A stretch of 64,000 nucleotides of DNA. It comes from Bacteriovoracia bacterium (GTDB lineage Bacteria; Bdellovibrionota; UBA1018; JBFWNL01). Within the stretch, counting starts at the first letter, position 1, and each line of letters starts with the position of its first letter. This document shows positions 8,915 through 19,122 of this stretch, in pieces. A program made the position numbers and the translations under genes. The DNA lies in contig JBFWNL010000009.1 in the NCBI GenBank assembly GCA_050251055.1, positions 32,001 to 96,000 on the forward strand. Direction: 5' to 3'. A model generated the notes under the pieces. It worked only from the letters and a program-made list of their open reading frames with translations. It ran no database searches and was not told where the DNA came from.

Positions 8915-10042
8915 CTAAAAGGTTTTCTCGAACCGAATGAAGATACCGACCGGTAGCTCCCGGTCGGAGGCGGGCATGCGATCGGCGCCGTCGCGAATGA
9001 GATCTACCGAGAGCCCAGCTTGGAAGCGACAGTTCCCTCCCGCCTCGTAACGAAGACCGGCGTAGAGAGTATTGATATAATCGTCTTTTCCGAAATATTG
9101 ATGGCTCCCAACGTATCCCGCCATCTGACTGGAAATATTTTCAAATCGATGGGCTAGCTGAATTCCGAGTTCCTTGGCTCCCCCATACGGATCGCCGAGC
9201 GACATGGCTTTGCCTAAGGTAATGTCCAAAGTCGTATGTTCCCGCTCGAAAGAGAGAATCAGTTGAGGCGTAACGCCTCCTAGGCCTTCCGAATCCGATT
9301 TTCCGGACCGGGCTCCCCAACCACGAATGATGTCCGTCATTGTATATTTGGCCCGAGCGTCGAGCGGGAAAGATCCCGGTGCCCCCTGGAATCCGGCCGA
9401 TTCTTCCATCCCATCTTCCTCAGTGATGCCGAGACCGCCGCCAGCGTGGGTGGCCCGGAGTTTAAATCCGGCGACCGGCGAAATCGAAAATCCTCCACCC
9501 CCCGACACACCTAAAGCGTCTTCCGCAAAGCGATCGGAGCGCTCCTGCGCCCGCTCCGTCGAGAACCGGGACCAATCTAGGCGAGCCCCCTGGGGATCGT
9601 AGTCGGCTAGCTTAAATTCATACTTTCCAGAATCGCTCAATGCCCCGTTCACCAGCACCTCGGTCAACGCCTGCGAAAAAGTGCGGCCGCGCTCTGCCAC
9701 GGTAACTAAATCGAGCAAGTCGCCACGGTCGTTCTCCAGGCACGCCGCAAAATCGAGCTTTAGCTCGAACGGCTTCGTAAGATCGAGGGATACGGGTTTA
9801 GACAAACAGGTAATTTCGCGATCCAGGGCGAAGTCATCCGAGAGCCGACATTGATGCTCCCGAAAAAATGGCGTCAGGGTAAATCTTAGCACTGCGTCGT
9901 CTAAAACTTCTTGGACGATCGCGCGCGCGGACTCTGGAGTAACGGCGCATGCCTTGGCTGACTCGGTCCCTTTTTCCGGGGGCGCCTGCGCGGAGGCAGA
10001 GCCCGGGCCCAGAATCAAAGCAATGATCAGCATCCACGTCAT
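8915..10042 (-). CDS. Secreted protein, probable C-terminal outer-membrane beta-barrel
   Basis: Signal peptide ending ASA; alternating beta strands; C-terminal Phe (IRFEKTF). Confidence 0.6.
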   Translation of the reverse strand: MTWMLIIALILGPGSASAQAPPEKGTESAKACAVTPESARAIVQEVLDDAVLRFTLTPFFREHQCRLSDDFALDREITCLSKPVSLDLTKPFELKLDFAACLENDRGDLLDLVTVAERGRTFSQALTEVLVNGALSDSGKYEFKLADYDPQGARLDWSRFSTERAQERSDRFAEDALGVSGGGGFSISPVAGFKLRATHAGGGLGITEEDGMEESAGFQGAPGSFPLDARAKYTMTDIIRGWGARSGKSDSEGLGGVTPQLILSFEREHTTLDITLGKAMSLGDPYGGAKELGIQLAHRFENISSQMAGYVGSHQYFGKDDYINTLYAGLRYEAGGNCRFQAGLSVDLIRDGADRMPASDRELPVGIFIRFEKTF

Positions 10043-10054
10043 AAACCCTGTAAT

Positions 10055-10070
10055 TGCAAGGGGCTTGCCG
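10055..10070 (-). promoter_or_regulatory. Candidate sigma54 promoter
   Basis: CGGCAA-N5-TTGCA on the minus strand 12 nt upstream of the ATG at 10042. Confidence 0.5.
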
Positions 10071-10155
10071 AAGAAAACGGCGCTATTCTCCGCCCAGGCG
10101 AACCCTGGGGAGCAGGTCGTTTTCAGCTGACCAAAGTTTGGTCAGCCCGACGCCC

Positions 10156-11175
10156 CTAAGCTACGTGTTTGTTTTTAGAGCGGGGAATTCGGGAAACCGG
10201 GGCGTCTCCGCTGAGGGAAACCCGGTTGCGGCCCTGTCGCTTCGACTCGTACACACCTTCGTCGGCAGCCTGTAGTACCTGCTTCCAATTCCCGCCGTGT
10301 TCGGGAAAACTCGCGACGCCCAAGCTGATGGTCACCCGCCCCAGCGGCTGTTTTTCGCCGCTTGGGAACACGTGCCCCGCGATCGCCGCGCGCAGGGTCT
10401 CGGCGAGTTGGCGCGCCGCCCGCGCGTCGGTGCCGGGGCAAAGCACCACGAACTCCTCACCTCCGTAACGCGCACAGAGGTCCGTCTTGCGGGTGCGATC
10501 GCGAAGAATGTGCGCCACGCTCTTCAATACTTCATCCCCCGCGGGATGCCCCTGCGTGTCGTTATAATGTTTGAAGTGGTCGACATCACAGAAAATCACC
10601 GCATACTTGCCATCGTAACGGGCCGAGCGCTCGTGCTCGCGCTCGAGTTCGCGCATGAAATGGCGAAAATTACTCACTTGGGTCATCTCGTCAGTGATGG
10701 AAACCGCTTCTAGCTTGCGATTCATCTCCTCAAGCTCCTGCCGGGCCAATCGCATTTCGGTGACGTCCTTGGCGATGACCTGCAAGACCTCGTCGTAGTC
10801 GGCCAACCGCAAACCGCAGACCGAAAGCTCGAAAATCATGCCATTGCCCATTTCACAATCAAACGGGGTTTCTGCCCGTTTGGCGCGCGCCCCCCGCGCG
10901 AGATGGCGCTTAGCCGCATCCTGCGAAGAGGGGTGTACCCAATTCAGGAACTGGTCTCCTTCCAAGCGATCCGGCGCCGCGCCCAACAGCTGTTGTACCG
11001 ACGGATTGCATTCCAGTATCGTCAGGCCCTTCGGATCCAAAAAAAAGATCGCGTCACGCGTCCGAAGGAAGAGGTCCGAGTAGGTGGCGATTTCCGATAG
11101 CCGTCCCCCGACCAGCCGGCCGCCGGAATGGGAATGCGCCAAATCAACCTTCGCCGTTTTCTTTCCGGAGGACAT
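10156..11175 (-). CDS. PAS-GGDEF diguanylate cyclase
   Basis: PAS N-terminus; DVDHFKHYND, RKTD I-site, RYGGEEF. Confidence 0.93.
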   Translation of the reverse strand: MSSGKKTAKVDLAHSHSGGRLVGGRLSEIATYSDLFLRTRDAIFFLDPKGLTILECNPSVQQLLGAAPDRLEGDQFLNWVHPSSQDAAKRHLARGARAKRAETPFDCEMGNGMIFELSVCGLRLADYDEVLQVIAKDVTEMRLARQELEEMNRKLEAVSITDEMTQVSNFRHFMRELEREHERSARYDGKYAVIFCDVDHFKHYNDTQGHPAGDEVLKSVAHILRDRTRKTDLCARYGGEEFVVLCPGTDARAARQLAETLRAAIAGHVFPSGEKQPLGRVTISLGVASFPEHGGNWKQVLQAADEGVYESKRQGRNRVSLSGDAPVSRIPRSKNKHVA

Positions 11176-11340
11176 ACCCCCTTATCGACAGGTTCCCGTT
11201 CGGAAATAACCGCCACCCGGAAAATCCCTACCGTCAAAGTTCACGCAAGGTGGGTCGTTTGAGACCCTCCCATTTTAATTTTCCCTCCCCCGCCGTCAGT
11301 CCGCTCCCGGCCCCGGGTTAGCTACCTGGGGGATACTTTC

Positions 11341-13347
11341 ATGCAGCCTAAGCTCGATAAACAAGGCCTGACCTTGCTCGAAGTCATGGTGTCGGCCGCC
11401 ATCGGCGGATTCGTGCTCTATGCTCTATCCTCTGGCGTAGTCTATAGCCTGCAAGCCCAGAACACGGTTGCCTTGAAGAACGAAGCGTTGAGCTTCGACG
11501 CGCTTGCCCGCCTCTTGTTGCTCTCCCCGGAAAACTGTCGTTTGGTGCTCGGGGCGGGCGCGAATGGCGAACCGCGGTTCGGCCCCACCGATCTACCGGC
11601 TGCCGGAGCGGCCGAAAACACCCACTTTACGATTCCGCGGCTGACCCTGGGTCGACAGACTTTGGAAACCGGCAGCTCCTACGGACGATTGAAAGTCCGC
11701 TCAATGGCGTTGGAGATTCAACCGCCGTTGCGCCCAAACGAGTACCTGGCCAGTCTCCAGGTGAAATTCGAGCGCAACTCGAACCAATTCGGACTCGCCT
11801 CGGAAACCGCTCTACCGCTCCTCCTGAAACTTCGCCCCGATTCCGCAAGCTCGGTCATTGACTCCTGCTACGGCGCGGGCGGCGGTGACGCAGGAGATGA
11901 TCCGTTCCAACCGGCCACGGCCTGCGGAGCCCTGGGCGGCCGCTGGCTAGCGGGGCAATACATGGTAAACCCACGCTGCAATCTGACGGCCGACGTAAGG
12001 TTGCGCGAAGACGAAGGCCCAGACGGAATTTACGAACTGAACGGGCGCAGCACCCGAAACGGCGAACGCGTGACCGAGTGCTACTACCAGAAACCCAGCG
12101 AAGCGATCGTGCGGACCTATGCGTGCCGAGGTCTGACGAATAATCGCCAGGGTCCTCGCTGCGTATTCAAGACCGATATCAAGAAATGGGTCATCCAGAA
12201 TTTTTCCTCCGACGGGGTACCCGGCATCGTTAAAGAAACCTGCACCAAAGGAGTGCTTTACACGCTCAACACCGGAAGCGCGATGATCTTGGAACATGAC
12301 GAAAATCTCGATGTCGCGTACGGCCGCCCGCTATACCCCGACCAACGTATCGATCGGCTAGGGATCGTTAACCGTTGCCAATACATATCGGATGGGGACT
12401 TCTGGAAACCCTGCGGAAATCCCACCGATCCGCAACGGGCGATCGCCGGCGACAAGGAAGCTTGTATCTTTGTCACGAAAGTGAAGCTCACTGGCGACAA
12501 CACCTTAGCGCGCGTCCGAGACTACAATGAGGCCTGCGCCGCGGCTCGCGCGGCGAATCCGCCGAACCAGCCGGGAACCACGCCCGGAAACGGGGGGGGC
12601 GCGACGGCGCTTCGCGTTCCGGTCGGCGGCGGAAACTCCGGGGGCTCGTATGGAGGGACAGGGAGCGGCGCCACCCTTCCTGGTCAGTCCGACCCCGGGA
12701 CAAACTCACCCGCCGATGATCAGTACGGAATGCCGTTCAGTGGAAGCTCGGCCTGCGAACTCATTGATCCTAACCAGTACACCGGATGGGTAAACGTCAC
12801 TTCCCTCCGCAAATTCGCGGCTTCCGGATCGGCGACGAATCCCCTGGCGAAAATCACCGAAGCGACCGGATTTCCCTGCTTCCAAGTGGAAGTAAACCCG
12901 GCCATGCCGACCTTGGAAGGCATTGGCGCGATCTCCAACATGGGCCCCGACGAGGACCTTCGGCTGAATCCCACGAAAGTCGCCCAGTGTTTTCACGCCG
13001 CCCGTGACGCCAGCGATGCCGGCGAAAATCGAGACGCGCGCATCGCGTGCGACAATAGCGCGGTGGATTTAACGGGAGACCCCAGTGACCCGGACTACGC
13101 GGGCCCCGTGCTCAACAAGGGCGCCTGCTGGTACGTGCGGAACACGAAAGTTGCCGGCTATAGCCCCAGCCAAGCCTATACAGGGTGGTTGCAACTCACG
13201 AAGGATCTGCCGGAAAACAAGTTCAAGCACAAGTTGGTTGGAGGGGTATGGGCGCTGGAGCCAGTCGACAATGCGAAGATCAACGGGATTCCTTGCCGTT
13301 CTTACGTCGCGGGGGACGTCCGCGCGGGCGTGCGTAAGCACGAATAG
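11341..13347 (+). CDS. Large prepilin-type N-terminal cleavage/methylation domain protein (minor pilin/adhesin-like)
   Basis: KQG|LTLLEVMVSAAI class III signal with Glu at +5; Cys-rich C-terminal region. Confidence 0.85.
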   Translation: MQPKLDKQGLTLLEVMVSAAIGGFVLYALSSGVVYSLQAQNTVALKNEALSFDALARLLLLSPENCRLVLGAGANGEPRFGPTDLPAAGAAENTHFTIPRLTLGRQTLETGSSYGRLKVRSMALEIQPPLRPNEYLASLQVKFERNSNQFGLASETALPLLLKLRPDSASSVIDSCYGAGGGDAGDDPFQPATACGALGGRWLAGQYMVNPRCNLTADVRLREDEGPDGIYELNGRSTRNGERVTECYYQKPSEAIVRTYACRGLTNNRQGPRCVFKTDIKKWVIQNFSSDGVPGIVKETCTKGVLYTLNTGSAMILEHDENLDVAYGRPLYPDQRIDRLGIVNRCQYISDGDFWKPCGNPTDPQRAIAGDKEACIFVTKVKLTGDNTLARVRDYNEACAAARAANPPNQPGTTPGNGGGATALRVPVGGGNSGGSYGGTGSGATLPGQSDPGTNSPADDQYGMPFSGSSACELIDPNQYTGWVNVTSLRKFAASGSATNPLAKITEATGFPCFQVEVNPAMPTLEGIGAISNMGPDEDLRLNPTKVAQCFHAARDASDAGENRDARIACDNSAVDLTGDPSDPDYAGPVLNKGACWYVRNTKVAGYSPSQAYTGWLQLTKDLPENKFKHKLVGGVWALEPVDNAKINGIPCRSYVAGDVRAGVRKHE

Positions 13348-13383
13348 CTTGAAACAGCAGAATCGAATACCTATATTGCAAGG

Positions 13384-14046
13384 ATGAAGACCCAGCTCAC
13401 TTTGGTGATCGGCGATAAAAATCTTTCCTCCTGGTCGATGCGCCCCTGGCTTGCCCTCAAAGCCTCCGGTCTCCCCTTCCGCGAAGTCAGGATCGCTCTC
13501 GATACGCCGAAAACAAGAGCACGAATCGCCCACCACTCCCCTTCCGGAAAGGTACCGGTGCTTCAAATCCGTGGCGCCGGCCGACCGTCACTGCATGTCT
13601 GGGACTCGCTCGCGATTTGCGAAACCATCGCCGAGCTCGCCCCCCGGGTAAATCTATGGCCGAGCAATCCCTTGGCGCGCGCCCGCGCCCGCGCCTACGC
13701 CGCGGAGATGCACTCCGGCTTCAGCTCCCTCCGTACCCAGCTTTCTATGGACATCAAGCTGCGGATGAAGGTCAAACACCTCCTTCCCCAAACGGTGGCA
13801 GACATACGACGGGTCCACGCGATCTGGAAGGAAGCTCTCGGGCGGAGCGACGGTCCGTTTTTGTTCGGAGAGTTCGGAATCGTCGACGCTTTCTATGCGC
13901 CCGTGGTGATGCGTTTTGTTTCGTATGGAATCGAAACGCGAGACAAAACTATCGTACGCTATATGGAGGACATTCAAACTCAACCGTTTGTTAAAGCGTG
14001 GGTAAAGTCAGCGAGGCGGGAGAACCCACGTTACGCACTCTTTTAG
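13384..14046 (+). CDS. Glutathione S-transferase family protein
   Basis: NLSSWSMRPWL, SPSGKVPVL, WDSLAICE, AEMHSGF. Confidence 0.93.
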   Translation: MKTQLTLVIGDKNLSSWSMRPWLALKASGLPFREVRIALDTPKTRARIAHHSPSGKVPVLQIRGAGRPSLHVWDSLAICETIAELAPRVNLWPSNPLARARARAYAAEMHSGFSSLRTQLSMDIKLRMKVKHLLPQTVADIRRVHAIWKEALGRSDGPFLFGEFGIVDAFYAPVVMRFVSYGIETRDKTIVRYMEDIQTQPFVKAWVKSARRENPRYALF

Positions 14047-14113
14047 TGTTTGACCGACTGCGACATCGTTGCTACCTCTCGCGACGTCCGAACTTTCAAA
14101 CGGGAGGCATGAG

Positions 14114-14479
14114 ATGAAAAAACTGTTTTTACTTGGACTATTCGCCGGTGTGATCGGCGGCGGGGCGGCATACGCGGATGTGACTTCCCCCAAGGCCGTG
14201 CTGAATTGCCGTATTCATTCCCAATACTTGAAGATCACTAAAACTTTTCGGGTGGACCTCGCCGCGAAGACCATCTTGGGGAACTCGGTCGAAAACGGGC
14301 GCCGGGTGATCTCCTGGTCGCTTTCTGAATGTGAAGACAACTCTGAGTTGAGCTTCGATGAGACGGAATTTAGCGAGCTAGTTCAAGGCAAAGCGAAGTC
14401 GGTTTGGGCAGAAATCACTCATGCCGAGCCAGACTTCGAACTGAAGGGCAACGCTAAGTGCTCCTTAGCTAAAAAGTAA
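14114..14479 (+). CDS. Secreted hypothetical protein
   Basis: MKKLFLL...AYA signal peptide, GGAGG RBS. Confidence 0.7.
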   Translation: MKKLFLLGLFAGVIGGGAAYADVTSPKAVLNCRIHSQYLKITKTFRVDLAAKTILGNSVENGRRVISWSLSECEDNSELSFDETEFSELVQGKAKSVWAEITHAEPDFELKGNAKCSLAKK

Positions 14480-14622
14480 TTCGAATTCGACGGAGGGAAA
14501 AACCTTCGTCTCTTCGACACCCCTTGCCCAGCGCGTAAGATCTCTAATTCATTGCGCAAATGTTACGGTTTCGTAACTTCTTTGGCGTCACATTTCGGGC
14601 TCTATCCGCCGAAAAGAGCTTT

Positions 14623-15894
14623 ATGAAGCCCCTTTGGTTTCGGCTGATCAGGCCATCTCCCCTCGTCATCCGCGATGAAGAGCGCAGGCGCGCGCGGTTG
14701 CTGAGCGCCTTAATCCTGGGCTACATCCTGGTCTTGATCCCCCTCTTTTCGTGGTTGGCGTATCTGGCTTCGCTCCACCGAGGTGCCGGCTGGACCGGGG
14801 TCGTGATGCTCGGCACCGCCATCGTCGTATACTCAGGCGCCTATGGCTTTTCCCGCACCCGCTACTTTCGTGCCGCCGGCATCTTCTTCGTCAGTTACAT
14901 GAACTTCGCCACTTTTCTTTCCCTGGTTTGGATCGACGAAGGCCCGCATGTTCCCTTGATGGCGATGCCCTACTTCGCCATCTCTTTTTTCGTCCTCAGT
15001 CTCTTCAGTCGGCCACGCTGGCTCGCGTTGAACTTCGCATGGGTAACGCTTCTGATCGCCGTGTCGATCTACACGAGCCGTGCGCTGGATTTCGAATTCG
15101 GCGTCTTGGGTTTTTTCTTCAATGCATGCGTTTTTCTCGTGACCTGGCTCGGAGTGACGATACGGGATGCGGATCTCCGACAGATTGACTCCGAACGTCT
15201 GCGATACTTCCAATCATCGAAGCTCGCGTCGCTCGGAGAAATGGCGGCGGGGATCGCGCATGAGATCAATAATCCGTTGGCCATCATCAAGGCCCATTCG
15301 TCGAAGCTGCAGAGCGCGGGCATTCCACCGGACGCGCTGGCCTCCGCCCAGAAGATCGACGTCATCTCCGATCGTATCGCTAAGATCATTCAAGGAATGC
15401 GCGGACTGACAAGAAACTCCGATCGCGACCAGCTGGAATTGATCCAGCTGCGCACGGTTTGGGAAGACGTCCTAGCCGTTTCGCGCGAACGCTTGGCGCG
15501 AGCCGGCATCAATCTCATCGTCGGAGAAATCCCCGACTGTACCGTGCGGGGCCGCCCATCCCAGATTGGGCAGGTGTTATTAAATCTGCTCAATAACGCT
15601 TACGACGCTCAGGAAGGACAAACCGACAAGTGGATCCGCGTCGAAGGTCAGGCCACGGGCGAACGGCTCACGGTCTCCGTCACCGACAGTGGCAAAGGGA
15701 TCCCGCTGCCGGTCAGGCAACGTATTATGGAGCCCTTCTTCACGACCAAACCCCCCGGCAAAGGCACCGGCCTCGGCCTGAGTATTTCGCGAAAAATTAT
15801 CGAGGACCACGGCGGACTCTTACGTTACGATGACACGTCACCCAACACTCGTTTCGTGATCGAGCTACGACTCGCACGCCGACAAGCGGCGTGA
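14623..15894 (+). CDS. Membrane sensor histidine kinase (NtrB-like)
   Basis: About 6 TM helices; AHEINNPL H-box, NLLNNA, DSGKG, FFTTK, GTGLGL. Confidence 0.93.
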   Translation: MKPLWFRLIRPSPLVIRDEERRRARLLSALILGYILVLIPLFSWLAYLASLHRGAGWTGVVMLGTAIVVYSGAYGFSRTRYFRAAGIFFVSYMNFATFLSLVWIDEGPHVPLMAMPYFAISFFVLSLFSRPRWLALNFAWVTLLIAVSIYTSRALDFEFGVLGFFFNACVFLVTWLGVTIRDADLRQIDSERLRYFQSSKLASLGEMAAGIAHEINNPLAIIKAHSSKLQSAGIPPDALASAQKIDVISDRIAKIIQGMRGLTRNSDRDQLELIQLRTVWEDVLAVSRERLARAGINLIVGEIPDCTVRGRPSQIGQVLLNLLNNAYDAQEGQTDKWIRVEGQATGERLTVSVTDSGKGIPLPVRQRIMEPFFTTKPPGKGTGLGLSISRKIIEDHGGLLRYDDTSPNTRFVIELRLARRQAA

Positions 15895-15898
15895 GAAG

Positions 15899-17206
15899 CT
15901 AAGTAGACATACGGGTGACGGAATCTTCCGACGGTCGCAGGACAAAATACAAACCCGCGATCACCGCCAAGATAATGCCCGCTACCAGGAACTCGGATCC
16001 GCGGCCTTGGCTCAGAATGGCGAGACAGACCACTAAACCCAGGGCCGGCACCGCGGCCGGAACTTCGAAGCGGCCTTTCAAGGGATCCCGACGCTGCAGG
16101 ACGATCAGACTGAGATTGACCACGGAAAAGCAAAGCAACAAGAGTAAGCTCGTCGCCTTGGCGAGAACGGCGACATCGCCGCTCAAAGCGAGAATCAGCA
16201 AAATCACCAGCAACACACCAATCGCCCGGTGCGGAGTCGCGCGCTTTGGATGGAGCGTCCCCAGAAAACGCGGCAGCAGCCCTTGGCCCGCCATACCGTA
16301 AAGCAGCCGGGAGCCCATGACGAAGTTCAACAGCGCCGTATTAGAAACGGCGAGCATCGAAACGAAACTGTAAACCGGCGTGGGAAAACCGGGTGACGCG
16401 CGCTTCACGACGTCGACGAGCGGTTGCGATGAGGCCGCGAGCTCGGGCGCAGGCACCACCGACACGGCAATCACGCTGATCAACATATAAATAATCGAAG
16501 AGAACGCGACCGCCATGACCAGCGCCTTGGGCAGGGTACGGGGCGCGTCCTTCACCTCTTCGCTGACATTCAAGATATCCTCGAAGCCAATAAAGGAATA
16601 AAACGTCAGCACGGCGCCGCCCAGGAGCAACGAAGCCGTGATCGTGCCCTCGGGATTGGCGGTCGTCACCGCATCGAGGTAGTTCACCTGGCCAATGTAG
16701 CTCGCGCCCAAGAGAATAATCACCAATAGACCGGCGATCTCAATACCTGCAAGTACGCTGTTGACCCAAATCGTCTCGCGAATGCCGCGAAAAATCACCA
16801 CCGCGAGTACTAACGCGAATCCTACGATCACTACCGGCGCCGTAAACGAGGAAAAAAGCCCAGTAAAATAACCGGCGAACACCCGACAAGCGGCGGCCAT
16901 CGAGGTCAAGCCCGAAGCGAGCACCGCTAGGCCTACGGCATAAGCGAGGAAACTGTTGCCAAATGCCCGATGGGCGATAAACGACGCGCCTCCCGCATGC
17001 GCGTATCGCGAACCCAACGACGCATAGGAGAGCCCCGTGAACGCCGCGGCGATCATGCTAACAAAAAAAGCCATCCAAACGGCGTTACCAACTTGACCAG
17101 CGGCCTTACCCACCAAGCCATAAATTCCGGCGCCGAGGATATCGCCCATGCCGTAAAGAACGAGGGGCCATAGGGTGATGTGCTGCTTTAACACCGTTTT
17201 GGTCAT
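15899..17206 (-). CDS. APC-family amino acid permease
   Basis: GDILGAGIY, FYSFIGFEDI, SEEVK, SRLLYGM; about 12 TM helices. Confidence 0.9.
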   Translation of the reverse strand: MTKTVLKQHITLWPLVLYGMGDILGAGIYGLVGKAAGQVGNAVWMAFFVSMIAAAFTGLSYASLGSRYAHAGGASFIAHRAFGNSFLAYAVGLAVLASGLTSMAAACRVFAGYFTGLFSSFTAPVVIVGFALVLAVVIFRGIRETIWVNSVLAGIEIAGLLVIILLGASYIGQVNYLDAVTTANPEGTITASLLLGGAVLTFYSFIGFEDILNVSEEVKDAPRTLPKALVMAVAFSSIIYMLISVIAVSVVPAPELAASSQPLVDVVKRASPGFPTPVYSFVSMLAVSNTALLNFVMGSRLLYGMAGQGLLPRFLGTLHPKRATPHRAIGVLLVILLILALSGDVAVLAKATSLLLLLCFSVVNLSLIVLQRRDPLKGRFEVPAAVPALGLVVCLAILSQGRGSEFLVAGIILAVIAGLYFVLRPSEDSVTRMST

Positions 17207-17286
17207 ACCCGCTCGGTATTGAAGAAACCGTCATCTGGCAACGACTATTCATTGGTCTACGTGGACAATTTTGTTAGGTTAGCGGA

Positions 17287-18126
17287 ATGAATATTCTCGA
17301 ACAATTTTTCAGCGACGCCAAAAATCTCCAAAAATCCGTAGCGGCTGCCATTGCCATTTTTATCTGCGTCATCATCGGCGCGGCCGGGACCTTCGTCATC
17401 CCACCCGGACATCGCGGCGTGTTAGTCACGATGGGGAAGGTCTCTCCTGCTTTCGCCCCGGAAGGATTTGGCGTTAAGGCGCCCTTCGTGACGACCGTCA
17501 TGCCCATTTCGGTTCGCCAGCAGACGAAGACCACGCAAGCGGATTGCTACTCGTCCGATTTGCAGCAAATTAGCATCGAGCTGAAAGTTCTTTACCGGAT
17601 CTCCGAGAACATGGTCGTGAAAATTTTCCAGGACTACGCCGGCGATCCTTTCGACAGCCTAGTTTCCCCGCGCGTGGCCGAAGCCTTGAAGGAAGTGACG
17701 GCCCTCCAAAGCGCCGAGCAAGTTGTGAAGAAGCGCGAGGAAATCAAGACGCGAGCCTTGGCCGCGGCGCGGACCAAGGTCGGCAGCCTCTTGGTGATCG
17801 AAGACATCGTCATTCAAAACGTCGCGCTCTCCAAAGAGCTTGAATCCGCGATCGAGGCGAAAATGGTTCAAGAACAGGAAGCCGCGAAAGCCAAGTTCAT
17901 CCAGCAGAAAGCCGAAGTAGAAGCGAACACTGCGATCATCCGCGCCAAGGGCGAAGCGGAAGCGATCCGTGTGCGGGGGCGCGCGCTCCAAGACAGCCCT
18001 GGTTTGGTGCAGCTGCAAATCGTGGAAAAATGGAACGGCATCTCCCCTTTGGTCGTGGGTAGTGGCGGAGGCGGCGCGAATATCCTGCTCCCGCTCGGTA
18101 ACGTCAATCCCAAAGCCCCGAAATGA
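17287..18126 (+). CDS. SPFH/prohibitin family protein
   Basis: N-terminal TM, PGHRGV, AIEAK...QEQ coiled coil, EKWNG. Confidence 0.9.
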   Translation: MNILEQFFSDAKNLQKSVAAAIAIFICVIIGAAGTFVIPPGHRGVLVTMGKVSPAFAPEGFGVKAPFVTTVMPISVRQQTKTTQADCYSSDLQQISIELKVLYRISENMVVKIFQDYAGDPFDSLVSPRVAEALKEVTALQSAEQVVKKREEIKTRALAAARTKVGSLLVIEDIVIQNVALSKELESAIEAKMVQEQEAAKAKFIQQKAEVEANTAIIRAKGEAEAIRVRGRALQDSPGLVQLQIVEKWNGISPLVVGSGGGGANILLPLGNVNPKAPK

Positions 18127-18320
18127 AGCAACAGCTCCGAGGGATTGTCCAAGTCGTCGCCCTTTGTTTTTTCGCCTATTTTCTGGTGCGCCTCTTTCCG
18201 CTGGTCATCCGCCTCGTCGAAGCCTCCGCCATGGGAATACGGCAGCTATGGTGGGCCGTACTGATCGTCGCTTTGGGCGGCTGGCTCATCTGGGTGTTTC
18301 GGAGCCGAAATTCCGGCTAA
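18123..18320 (+). CDS. Small 2-TM membrane protein coupled to the SPFH gene
   Basis: ATGA overlap with the SPFH stop; two hydrophobic segments. Confidence 0.6.
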   Translation: MKQQLRGIVQVVALCFFAYFLVRLFPLVIRLVEASAMGIRQLWWAVLIVALGGWLIWVFRSRNSG

Positions 18321-18997
18321 ACCGCCATTTTGCGAATCACGCCAGCGAGCACGCCTTCGATCCGGAAGTCCGATTCCACCATTGACTCCACGACAATGGG
18401 TTTGAACGCCGGGTTCGCGGGGTGTAGTTCCACCCGATCGCGCATCCGGTAGAAACGTTTGATCGTGGCTTCGTTGCCGATGAGGGCAACCACGGTTTGA
18501 CCATTCTGGGCGTCGGCTTGCTTTTTGATCACGGCGAAGTCTCCATCCAATATGCCGTCCTCGATCATGGAACTGCCCGACACCTTCAGGACGAAGTGTT
18601 CACCCTGCCTGAGCATCGATGCGGGAACCTCGATTGATTCCGGAGTTTCTATTGCTTCAATGGGACGCCCGGCGGCGACCCGGCCTAAAAGTGGGATGGG
18701 AACCGTCCCGCTCCCGTCACGGCTATCGTGCCTGATGGAGGAGCCCTGCCTGGCCGCGGGGTGTGTGGTGGAGGGTGGTGTTTTCAGAAGCTGGATGCCC
18801 CTGCGGGCGTTCCAGGATTTCTGTAGAGCGCCTTGGCGCTCCAAGCGGACCAGGTAGTTCTGGACGGTTCCCAAAGATTGAAAGCCAAAGTGCTGGGCGA
18901 TTTCGTGCTGCGAAGGCGCGTATCCCTTCTCCGCCCTGAACTGTTCGATGAACTCGAGCACCTTCAGTTGTTTGGGCGTCAGCACTGCATCTGCCAT
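18317..18997 (-). CDS. lexA: SOS repressor LexA
   Basis: wHTH (GYAPSQHEIA), VAAG cleavage site, SSMI Ser and TIKR Lys catalytic motifs. Confidence 0.95.
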   Translation of the reverse strand: MADAVLTPKQLKVLEFIEQFRAEKGYAPSQHEIAQHFGFQSLGTVQNYLVRLERQGALQKSWNARRGIQLLKTPPSTTHPAARQGSSIRHDSRDGSGTVPIPLLGRVAAGRPIEAIETPESIEVPASMLRQGEHFVLKVSGSSMIEDGILDGDFAVIKKQADAQNGQTVVALIGNEATIKRFYRMRDRVELHPANPAFKPIVVESMVESDFRIEGVLAGVIRKMAV

Positions 18998-19003
18998 ACA
19001 AAT

Positions 19004-19032
19004 ACAATATGCGTAAGTTATGCGTAAGTCAA
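19004..19032 (-). promoter_or_regulatory. lexA promoter with an 11-bp tandem repeat (candidate SOS box TTAC-N7-TTAC)
   Basis: TTGACT-17-TATTGT; TATGCGTAAGT twice at 19008-19018 and 19019-19029. Confidence 0.7.
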
Positions 19033-19122
19033 TTTTAATTCAAATCCGATTGTTTTGATTGGTTATTGAGGCTATTATGGAAAGGCTGAGGGATTTGGGA
19101 GGGGTTGGTTAGGACCAACCCG

